Part shown: positions 1 to 6,614 of the stretch, piece by piece | Layout: every line of letters starts with the position of its first letter | How positions within the stretch are numbered: position 1 is the stretch's first letter | IMG/VR virus record: IMGVR_UViG_3300034072_000578 | Coordinates: 44,413-108,412 of that record | Length of the DNA: 64,000 bases | Origin: a virus | Direction: 5' to 3' (one strand) | Notes under the pieces: model-generated | Databases searched by the model: none | What the model saw: only the letters and a program-made list of their open reading frames with translations | Told to the model about the DNA's origin: nothing | Made by a program: the position numbers and the translations under genes

Positions 1-168
1 AGAGACTTCCCCGGCTACGTCTTTCAGGTAATTAGCAATAGAGCCATTGATACAGGTAATTCCTTCGATGACTTCTATAAAGGCCGGAACGATGGTATCA
101 TCATCAACGATGGTAGCTTAGATGACCTAAGAGACACCGTTGAAAGAGCGATTAGAAGATATCTTTAA
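1..168 (+). CDS. C-terminal fragment of a probable deoxynucleoside monophosphate kinase (truncated by window edge)
   Basis: Frame 1 is open to TAA at 166-168 and ends ...IIINDGSLDDLRDTVERAIRRYL, resembling the I-x-N-D-G-[ST]-L-x-D-L tail of phage dNMP kinases. Confidence 0.5.
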   Translation, partial: RDFPGYVFQVISNRAIDTGNSFDDFYKGRNDGIIINDGSLDDLRDTVERAIRRYL

Positions 169-179
169 GAAGGGTTTAC

Positions 180-461
180 ATGGGCGACGAAACTGATAAA
201 AAGCAACCACCAGAACGCAGCGCGGTCTTTTCCACGACTGACGGGAAGAAAGTAAGAATTGAGTTTGACAAGGTTTTCTCTTACGTAGGTAAGACCAAAA
301 ATCATAGCACAACTATTGAATATGGTTATAGTTACGAAAAAGAAAGTCGCGAGACATTCATTTTAGATATTGACTTTGATGAATTCGATGATAAACTCAC
401 AACTTATCAAAAAGAATTAAGAGATTATTACAGAGAGTTTGAAACAAGCTCTTCGTATTGA
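180..461 (+). CDS. hypothetical protein
   Basis: 93-aa ORF with an upstream purine-rich RBS. Confidence 0.6.
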   Translation: MGDETDKKQPPERSAVFSTTDGKKVRIEFDKVFSYVGKTKNHSTTIEYGYSYEKESRETFILDIDFDEFDDKLTTYQKELRDYYREFETSSSY

Positions 462-539
462 TGCGGGATAGTAGCAGTCTGGTAGCTCGCCACTCTCATA
501 AGGTGGAGGTCGAGGGTTCAAATCCCTCTCCCGCATCCA
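462..539 (+). tRNA. trnM: tRNA-Met(CAT), initiator-like scaffold
   Basis: TGCGGGA/TCCCGCA acceptor, loop CTCATAA, T-loop TTCAAAT, encoded CCA; lacks the three G-C pairs of a typical initiator anticodon stem. Confidence 0.85.
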
Positions 540-546
540 GATTTTC

Positions 547-622
547 GGGGAAGTAGCTCAGTTGGATAGAGCAAAGCCACTTTAGGGCTTGTGCGTTGGT
601 TCGAGTCCAACCTTCCCCACCA
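547..622 (+). tRNA. atypical tRNA, anticodon loop ACTTTAG (nominal Lys TTT; identity uncertain)
   Basis: Clean cloverleaf: GGGGAAG/CTTCCCC acceptor, AAGCC/GGCTT anticodon stem, TTCGAGT T-loop, CCA; has C instead of the invariant U33. Confidence 0.7.
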
Positions 623-654
623 CAGTTAAACAACTTAGTAACGACTAAAGTATA

Positions 655-836
655 TGCCCGTCTTGCTAAGGTATCTATGGACAACTGCTGATGCACGTTA
701 AATCCCTGAGGCAAGGGTTTGCAGAGGTCATAGGTTTATTTGTTTGTGACGGGAGATTACCACTCAGAAGCTACGGCTTGCTGCGGTAATGATACCACCG
801 GGTTTACGGTCATCCTGCTTATAGCAAAAACCGGCA
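655..836 (+). ncRNA. putative structured ncRNA (~180 nt) inside the tRNA cluster
   Basis: Nested helices TTGCTAAG/CTTATAGCAA, GTATC/GATAC, CTATGGAC/GTCATAG and ATTACC/GGTAAT, plus an AAGC-TACG-GCTT UNCG hairpin; no credible ORF. Confidence 0.6.
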
Positions 837-857
837 AGTTTTAGCCTTAAAGGCTTT

Positions 858-935
858 CGGGAATTAGCGCAGTCTGGTCAGCGTGTGCCCTTTGGAGGGG
901 TGAGGTCGTAGGTTCGAATCCTACATTCCCGACCA
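858..935 (+). tRNA. trnP: tRNA-Pro(TGG)
   Basis: Cloverleaf, loop TTTGGAG, CCA. Confidence 0.92.
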
Positions 936-1006
936 TTTACAGCTACGGCTGCTTGGGTGAGCAAAACAAATACCTTGGAACTTTGGCTAGTTCCTAAAAG
1001 CTCAAT

Positions 1007-1092
1007 GCGGGATTGGTGGAACTGGATATACACATATGCCTTAGAAGCATACGCCGAAAGGATTGAGAGTTCGAGTCTCTCATCCCGCACCA
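1007..1092 (+). tRNA. trnL: tRNA-Leu(TAG)
   Basis: Loop CTTAGAA, long variable arm, CCA. Confidence 0.93.
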
Positions 1093-1143
1093 GTTTATTT
1101 TAATAAGAAACTATGTTATTATCCTCACAAACGAGGTAATAAC

Positions 1144-1698
1144 ATGGACAGATCAAAATTCTATTCTACGGTAAGAGCTAAACTAGGCTCTCTTACACAA
1201 TCACAAATCAATGGCTTTGAGACAGTGCTAGATGCGCTAGAGGGTCAACCTCTTTCGCACAGAGCGTATTCGCTCGCAACTGCTTGGCATGAAACCAATA
1301 AAACTATGCTCCCTGTTGTCGAAGCCTATTGGCTTTCGGAAGCATGGCGTAAGAAGAACTTAAGATACTATCCTTGGCATGGTCGCGGTTATGTTCAATT
1401 AACATGGGAATATAACTACAAGAGAGCAGATAAAGAACTTGGTCTAAAAGGGACTTTACTTGCTAATCCTGATCGTGCTATGGAACCTAAGATTGCTGCT
1501 AAGGTTATGCGCCTAGGTATGGATGAGGGATGGTTTACTAACGTAAAGCTATCTGACTGCCTACCAATGAGAGGCGTAGCTACTAGAGCGCAATACATGA
1601 AAGCAAGAACAATCATCAATGGATCGGATAAAGCCGACCTAATTGAAGATTATGCGCAGGTGTTCGAAAGAGCGCTTCGTGATGGAGGTTTAGTATAA
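1144..1698 (+). CDS. endolysin, glycoside hydrolase family 19 (chitinase-like)
   Basis: LATAWHET and GRGYVQLTWEYNY motifs, AR.IING tail; GAGG RBS precedes the ATG at 1144. Confidence 0.85.
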   Translation: MDRSKFYSTVRAKLGSLTQSQINGFETVLDALEGQPLSHRAYSLATAWHETNKTMLPVVEAYWLSEAWRKKNLRYYPWHGRGYVQLTWEYNYKRADKELGLKGTLLANPDRAMEPKIAAKVMRLGMDEGWFTNVKLSDCLPMRGVATRAQYMKARTIINGSDKADLIEDYAQVFERALRDGGLV

Positions 1699-1755
1699 TG
1701 AGTAGTTGTAGAACAAGAGATATTCCAGACCAGCAATGGGGTGGATAATCTATAT

Positions 1756-1837
1756 CCCCTAGTAACAACGGCGGCTACGAACCGCTAGTAACGTAACTGG
1801 ATTGAAAATGCAGGTTCGAATCCTGTCTAGGGGTCCA
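1756..1837 (+). ncRNA. tRNA-like RNA with an Arg(ACG) anticodon arm but no D-arm
   Basis: CCCCTAG/CTAGGGG acceptor, 7-nt linker, GGCGG-CTACGAA-CCGCT, 23-nt extra region, GCAGG-TTCGAAT-CCTGT, CCA. Confidence 0.7.
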
Positions 1838-1846
1838 TTTTAATAA

Positions 1847-1921
1847 CGGCGTGTAGCATAACGGTTAGTGCATCCCACTGATAATGGGCAGATGGAAGTT
1901 CGATTCTTCCCTCGCCGACCA
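1847..1921 (+). tRNA. trnI: tRNA-Ile(GAT)
   Basis: Loop CTGATAA, T-loop TTCGATT, CCA. Confidence 0.9.
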
Positions 1922-1981
1922 ATTTAAACTGTCCTCATTTGGCCAGTTATGACGAATTACGGGACTTAATTGTCCATATAT

Positions 1982-2055
1982 GGCCGGTTACGTTAATAGT
2001 AAACTACCCTCCTTACAAGTGGGGATCAGCGGGGCAGAACCGCTACTGGCTACCA
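1982..2055 (+). tRNA. trnV: tRNA-Val(TAC) with non-canonical T-loop
   Basis: Loop CTTACAA; T-arm AGCGG-GGCAGAA-CCGCT; CCA. Confidence 0.8.
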
Positions 2056-2061
2056 TTTATT

Positions 2062-2469
2062 ATGACATACAAAATAACAAACTGTAATTATTGCAATGTA
2101 GAATTCAGATATTGTGATTCGAAAAGAACTGGTAAGTTTTGTTCTAACCAGTGTTTTCAAGATCATAGATATGAATTCGTTACTAGGCCGAATATTCTTT
2201 TAGGTTTGACGGACGCCAAACAATTAAGAGATAGACTTCTAAAAGATACTCCTTATTGCTCAGAGTGTGGAGTAGGAGAGTTTTGGGAAGGTAAGAAGTT
2301 ATCATTACAGATCGATCATTTTGATGGCGATAGTGATAACAACGCCCCTTATAACTTAAGAGTTTTGTGTCCTAATTGTCATTCTCAGACTGATAATTAT
2401 GGGATTAAAAATAAAGGATCGTCATCTAGACGTTCTAAATATCTAAAAGAATATAAATCTAATTACTAA
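2062..2469 (+). CDS. HNH endonuclease
   Basis: CxxC ... LQIDHFDGDSDNN..NLRVLCPNCHSQT. Confidence 0.88.
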   Translation: MTYKITNCNYCNVEFRYCDSKRTGKFCSNQCFQDHRYEFVTRPNILLGLTDAKQLRDRLLKDTPYCSECGVGEFWEGKKLSLQIDHFDGDSDNNAPYNLRVLCPNCHSQTDNYGIKNKGSSSRRSKYLKEYKSNY

Positions 2470-2542
2470 TTTCAGGGTGACTAGCTTAGGTTGGTTATAA
2501 AGAAGGCTAGTTTTAAAGTTCGCCTCCACCGATTAATTCATT

Positions 2543-2632
2543 GGATCATTGGGCGAGTGGTTTATGCCGTGTCCCTGCTAAGGACATGCACCTTAACCGG
2601 TGCCGTTGGTTCGAATCCAACATGATCCGCCA
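2543..2632 (+). tRNA. trnS: tRNA-Ser(GCT)
   Basis: Loop CTGCTAA, long variable arm, G73, CCA. Confidence 0.93.
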
Positions 2633-2659
2633 GTTTAACACTAATAAGAGTATCTAATA

Positions 2660-2911
2660 ATGCGTATCTATTTTGCCGCTAGCAACAATGGTGATGGTTC
2701 TTCAAGCGTCCATTTCTTCGAAAGTAAGAAGTGTATCGACCTTTTAGAAGAGCATGACCTAGAAGGATATGGCGGTTGCGAAGGTGGCGACTGGATGGAT
2801 ATTGACGGTTCTGTTACTGGAATTAATATCGAAACTTTAGAAGAAGTAGTTGACTACCTAGTTGACTACGGCTATATAGATGAAGAAGACGCAGAGCGTC
2901 TAAAAGCTTAA
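2660..2911 (+). CDS. hypothetical acidic protein
   Basis: 83-aa ORF between tRNAs with RBS. Confidence 0.6.
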   Translation: MRIYFAASNNGDGSSSVHFFESKKCIDLLEEHDLEGYGGCEGGDWMDIDGSVTGINIETLEEVVDYLVDYGYIDEEDAERLKA

Positions 2912-2918
2912 AAGACAT

Positions 2919-3001
2919 GCTAGTGTCGCATAGTGGTCCATTGCACCGATCTTGTAAGTCGGAATTCCAGATCGTGGGTTCGAATCCCACCACTAGCTCC
3001 A
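2919..3001 (+). tRNA. trnT: tRNA-Thr(TGT)
   Basis: Loop CTTGTAA, enlarged variable region, CCA. Confidence 0.88.
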
Positions 3002-3058
3002 TTAATAATTAAGGCCGGAACACTACGGTAAAGAGCTTCGATAGAAGCTTGCCTTAAT

Positions 3059-3135
3059 GGGGAATTAGCTCATTTGGGTAGAGCGTCGCACTTGCACTGC
3101 GAAGGCAAAGAGTTCGAACCTCTTATTCTCCACCA
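3059..3135 (+). tRNA. trnA: tRNA-Ala(TGC)
   Basis: G3:U70 pair, loop CTTGCAC, CCA. Confidence 0.94.
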
Positions 3136-3146
3136 GATTAAATAAC

Positions 3147-3243
3147 GGAAGTATGGCAGAGTCTGGTTTATCGCGCTCGCCTTGAAAGCGAGAGTGGGCC
3201 TTAAACAAGTCCACCGTGGGTTCGAATCCTACTGCTTCCTCCA
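3147..3243 (+). tRNA. trnS: tRNA-Ser(TGA)
   Basis: Loop CTTGAAA, long variable arm, CCA. Confidence 0.92.
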
Positions 3244-3249
3244 GAATAC

Positions 3250-3325
3250 GGGTCGGTAGCTCAGTTGGTAGAGCATGGGGCTGAAAATCTCAGTGTCGAG
3301 AGTTCAATTCTCTCCCCTCCCACCA
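3250..3325 (+). tRNA. trnF: tRNA-Phe(GAA)
   Basis: Loop CTGAAAA, CCA; two acceptor-stem mismatches. Confidence 0.88.
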
Positions 3326-3376
3326 TTTACAACTTCGGTTGCTCGGACTTGCCACAGTCCTTTCAAAATTCCTAAC

Positions 3377-3450
3377 GCGGGCTTGGCGTAGTGTTAGCGT
3401 GTCTGGCTTCCAACCAGAAGGCAAGAGTTAGATTCTCTTAGTCCGCACCA
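3377..3450 (+). tRNA. trnG: tRNA-Gly(TCC)
   Basis: GCGGGCT acceptor, loop CTTCCAA, T-loop TTAGATT, CCA. Confidence 0.87.
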
Positions 3451-3468
3451 TAATTAAATACGGCACTT

Positions 3469-3960
3469 ATGACAGAATTAGATAGGTTTTTATCTTATAT
3501 TTTAGTTTCTGAAACAAACTGTTGGGAATGGCAAGGCGCTTTAAGTGAAAAGGGCTATGGCGTTTTCAACATGGGTTCTAGAAAAGAAGGTAATAAAAGA
3601 ACTATAAGAGCGCACCGATATTCTTATATGAAATATAAAGGCGAATTGGGCGAACTTCTAGTCTGTCATAAGTGCGACAACAGAAAGTGTTGCAATCCAG
3701 ATCATCTTTTTTTAGGAACTGATGAGGATAACATTAGGGATATGTGGGCTAAGGGTAGGCAACCTCCACCTTTAGTCCAACTAGGGTCAGCAAATAATAA
3801 TGCCATCTTGGATGATGTTAAAGTCGCTAAAATCAAATCTCTACTAGATACTTTTAACAATAAAGAATTAGGCGCTATGTTTGGCGTCAAGCATTCAACT
3901 ATATCCAAAATAAGAACGGGTAGAACTTGGGTGCATGTTCAGGGATCGTCTAATGGGTAG
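3469..3960 (+). CDS. HNH homing endonuclease
   Basis: CWEWQG..GYG..AHR.SY..VCHKCDNRKCCNPDHL.LGT..DN..D plus a C-terminal HTH-like segment. Confidence 0.9.
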   Translation: MTELDRFLSYILVSETNCWEWQGALSEKGYGVFNMGSRKEGNKRTIRAHRYSYMKYKGELGELLVCHKCDNRKCCNPDHLFLGTDEDNIRDMWAKGRQPPPLVQLGSANNNAILDDVKVAKIKSLLDTFNNKELGAMFGVKHSTISKIRTGRTWVHVQGSSNG

Positions 3961-4013
3961 GACAACTGGTTTTGATCCAGTTAATAGGGGTTCGAGTCCC
4001 TTTCCCTGATCCA
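3939..4013 (+). tRNA. trnQ: tRNA-Gln(TTG)
   Basis: TCAGGGA/TCCCTGA acceptor, loop TTTTGAT, CCA; overlaps the end of the HNH ORF. Confidence 0.9.
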
Positions 4014-4023
4014 ATTCAAATAC

Positions 4024-4097
4024 GGGCTATTCGTTTAATGGTAGGACGCTGGATTGTCTATCCGGCAGCAGGGGTTCGATTCCCCTATAGCTCGCCA
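4024..4097 (+). tRNA. trnD: tRNA-Asp(GTC)
   Basis: Loop TTGTCTA, G73, CCA. Confidence 0.92.
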
Positions 4098-4218
4098 TTT
4101 GTCAGAAGGGGCGCTAATCCCTTCGCCGCTCCCTAACCGGTTATTAGGTGTTAGGGTGAGCTAGTGGAGTGAGTGGCGCTAGCAATAACTAAAGGAAGAC
4201 GTTCCTACCACAAACTAT

Positions 4219-4295
4219 CGATGGCGTAGTGTAAACGGTGAACATGGCGGATTGTGATTCCGCAGTTGAGGGTTCGAATCCCTCCGTCACGACCA
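4219..4295 (+). tRNA. trnH: tRNA-His(GTG)
   Basis: Loop TTGTGAT, TTCGAAT T-loop, discriminator A, CCA; irregular acceptor stem. Confidence 0.85.
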
Positions 4296-4310
4296 AATAC
4301 AGGATTAATT

Positions 4311-4718
4311 ATGAAGAGTTTTGACGAACTAAAGCAAGAACGTAACGAGCAACGATTAACAGGCTTACTAAACCAGCTTGTTTATTTCGATGAACGATTA
4401 GATGGTGCCATTAAAGCCCACGAAAAGAAGATGGATGAGCTTTATTTTCTCGAAGAAGAACTAAAGCAACTAACAGCTAACCCTTCTCTCCTAACGCAGG
4501 AGCAGGTCTCAGCTATTATTGAGAAGCTTAATAAGTTAATCTATGCCACAGGCGGGATCGTTTCTGGTAATCATATTATAGGTGGCTCTATTACCGCAGA
4601 CAAGATTGTAGCCCATTCTATTTGTGCAACGAATTTGTCGGATTGGCGTAACGCATCAAGCTCAGTAACAATTGCTGGCGGACAGGTAGCAAGTAACACT
4701 ATTTCAACTACTAGATAA
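4311..4718 (+). CDS. hypothetical protein (coiled coil plus a GSITADKI-type repeat)
   Basis: AGGA RBS before the ATG at 4311; C-terminal IIGGSITADKIVAHSI resembles tail-fibre repeat units. Confidence 0.55.
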   Translation: MKSFDELKQERNEQRLTGLLNQLVYFDERLDGAIKAHEKKMDELYFLEEELKQLTANPSLLTQEQVSAIIEKLNKLIYATGGIVSGNHIIGGSITADKIVAHSICATNLSDWRNASSSVTIAGGQVASNTISTTR

Positions 4719-4725
4719 TCAACTT

Positions 4726-4800
4726 AGGGGTGTAGTATAATGGCTATTACAGTCGACTCCAAATCCTCAGATCAGGGTTCGATTCCCTGCTCCCCTGCCA
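4726..4800 (+). tRNA. trnW: tRNA-Trp(CCA)
   Basis: AGGGG start, loop CTCCAAA, G73, CCA; two anticodon-stem mismatches. Confidence 0.85.
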
Positions 4801-4817
4801 TTTATAAGAGAATTTAA

Positions 4818-5123
4818 ATGAGCTTAGAAAAAGTATTAGAAATTTACAATGAAGACAGTTGGGGTCTAGAAGACTATATTGTCGATAAGACTGACTCCGA
4901 TTGGGTTCAGGATCATAAATACCAGTATCGTTCCTACATTATCAAGTATGAGGACGGCAAGTTTTACCAGATCAACGAAAGCCGTTCCGGCTCTTATCAT
5001 TCGGATTGGTATTACAACCCAGCAGAGATTTTCGAAGTCGAAAGACAAGAAAAAGTAGTTACTAAGACAGAAATCACTTGGCATATGGTCGGTGATCGTG
5101 TAGAGAGTAAAGATCGCTGGTAA
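4818..5123 (+). CDS. hypothetical protein
   Basis: 101-aa ORF with RBS. Confidence 0.65.
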   Translation: MSLEKVLEIYNEDSWGLEDYIVDKTDSDWVQDHKYQYRSYIIKYEDGKFYQINESRSGSYHSDWYYNPAEIFEVERQEKVVTKTEITWHMVGDRVESKDRW

Positions 5124-5133
5124 TAAGAATTTT

Positions 5134-5209
5134 TGGCTAGTAGCTTAACCGGTAAAGCCACTCACTGTTAATGAGTCAGATGCAGGTTCGACCCCTGCCT
5201 AGTCAGCCA
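5134..5209 (+). tRNA. trnN: tRNA-Asn(GTT)
   Basis: Loop CTGTTAA, G73, CCA. Confidence 0.92.
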
Positions 5210-5211
5210 GA

Positions 5212-5436
5212 ATTAGTAAGCGAAGAAGTAAACGCTAGTAGAAAGCATGTGACCTACAGCATGTTAGTAGATAGCGCGGGGCAACAGCCTTAGAGTTTAA
5301 TTAGTCAGTTCCTGAACCAAGAGCGTCGGAACTAAGTGGAAAGAAGCCTGTAGGAGGCGCATCGCCGCAATGCTAATTAAGACCCGTTGAACAGCCGACT
5401 ATATCGATTAGGCTTCGGCATTCTTCGCTTACTAAT
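5212..5436 (+). ncRNA. putative structured ncRNA (~225 nt)
   Basis: Perfect 16-bp terminal helix ATTAGTAAGCGAAGAA/TTCTTCGCTTACTAAT enclosing further stems (CGCTA/TAGCG, TTAATTAG/CTAATTAA, AGTTCC/GGAACT). Confidence 0.65.
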
Positions 5437-5465
5437 AACAATCCCTAATAAGGGTTTATTTAATC

Positions 5466-5542
5466 GGGGCCATCGTCTATGTGGCTAGGATAGTTGGTTT
5501 TCACCCAGCAGAACCGGGGTTCGATGCCCGGTGGCCCCACCA
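5466..5542 (+). tRNA. trnE: tRNA-Glu(TTC)
   Basis: Loop TTTTCAC, CCA. Confidence 0.9.
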
Positions 5543-5571
5543 TTCCCCACTAACAACATTGAGTAGCAAAC

Positions 5572-5745
5572 ATGGATACGAAGGCTTGCGATTACTGCGG
5601 ACGCCCTGTAGAGGATGGCGCGTTGCGTTACGGTCCCGCGATTCCCGGCCCCCGGCATTGGGAATGTAACAATGTCAAAAACGGTAAACCGTCAACCATC
5701 GAAGATATCATAGCTACTTTAATGAAGGATATGAAAAATGCGTAA
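5572..5745 (+). CDS. small putative Zn-binding protein (57 aa, below ORF-track cutoff)
   Basis: MDTKACDYCGRP...RHWEC (CxxC/HxxC); overlaps the start of the next gene. Confidence 0.5.
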   Translation: MDTKACDYCGRPVEDGALRYGPAIPGPRHWECNNVKNGKPSTIEDIIATLMKDMKNA

Positions 5746-6115
5746 ATCATTTGTTCTTTTTAGCGCAGCGCTCGCAACCCTAGTTGCTGGCTGCTCTTGC
5801 GCCCCATCCAATCAACCCCAACAGCAGGCGTATTACGATCAGCCTGTCCAGCAGCAGCAATACGCCCCTGCCCCTGTCCAGCAGGCACAGCCCGGTTTCC
5901 TTGATCGTCATGGCGATGCGATCCTAGCTGGCGGCGTCGGCTATCTCGCCGGTAAGGCCGCTTCCAAGCGGGAATACCGCAATGACCGGAACTATTCGCG
6001 TCCCCGCTATTACAGCCGTCCTTCCCGCCCAGCGGCGACCCGCTATTACTCTTCCTCGCCCTCGCGGTCAACCTTCCGTAGTTCAAGCCGTGGTTCCTTC
6101 CGAAGCCGCCGCTGA
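5738..6115 (+). CDS. putative lipoprotein with Arg/Ser-rich tail
   Basis: Signal peptide with lipobox LVAGC; Q-rich linker; basic C-terminus. Confidence 0.65.
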   Translation: MRKSFVLFSAALATLVAGCSCAPSNQPQQQAYYDQPVQQQQYAPAPVQQAQPGFLDRHGDAILAGGVGYLAGKAASKREYRNDRNYSRPRYYSRPSRPAATRYYSSSPSRSTFRSSSRGSFRSRR

Positions 6116-6131
6116 TTACAGCCATTTGAAA

Positions 6132-6284
6132 ATGGAGGGTTCCTTTACTAACGCTAAAGGTCAAGTGACCAAGTGGAAAAGGAATCCCGAAAAGCCATGG
6201 CTAGTTGAAGTCCTAGTAGATGATGAGCCTATCGACTGGCTCAAACTAGGTCAAGAAGCTCTAGAAGGTGGTAACAAGAAATGA
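6132..6284 (+). CDS. hypothetical small protein
   Basis: MEGSFTNAKG..., ATGA-coupled to the next gene. Confidence 0.45.
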   Translation: MEGSFTNAKGQVTKWKRNPEKPWLVEVLVDDEPIDWLKLGQEALEGGNKK

Positions 6285-6610
6285 ATATTTTCGCCAGCGA
6301 ACGCATTAAGCCCGCTAACATTAAGTTCCCTAAGGGAATGGATAAGTTGGAATGGGAGCATGTTGAAACTACTTCTAGTTTCGATGCTAATTTCGCTGCT
6401 ACCAAGGTTGGTCACGTAGTTATTGACTGCTTTCATGGCGAAAATATCAACGGTCTTAGAGTAGCTAAAGCCATTGTGGAACTTAGCATCGATAAGCACC
6501 AACCTCTTCCGACTCTTCTACTGGTAGGCCCAGATCAGAACATGCGGAAAGAGATAGAAACCTATATCTCCAACTCCAAAAGATGGATAGATATCGCAAC
6601 AGGTAAGTGA
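6281..6610 (+). CDS. hypothetical protein
   Basis: 109-aa ORF within the operon. Confidence 0.55.
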   Translation: MNIFASERIKPANIKFPKGMDKLEWEHVETTSSFDANFAATKVGHVVIDCFHGENINGLRVAKAIVELSIDKHQPLPTLLLVGPDQNMRKEIETYISNSKRWIDIATGK

Positions 6611-6614
6611 TTGT

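Noticed and set aside
688-700. CTGATG resembling the hammerhead core
   Set aside because: No CUGANGA plus GAAA in the required stem context
496-1143. ORF-track entries 496-714, 878-1090 and the 5' extension 1063-1143 (also 1939, 4254, 5481, 13491-14904, 36245, 37177)
   Set aside because: They overlap or run antisense to tRNAs/ncRNAs; real starts with an RBS lie downstream
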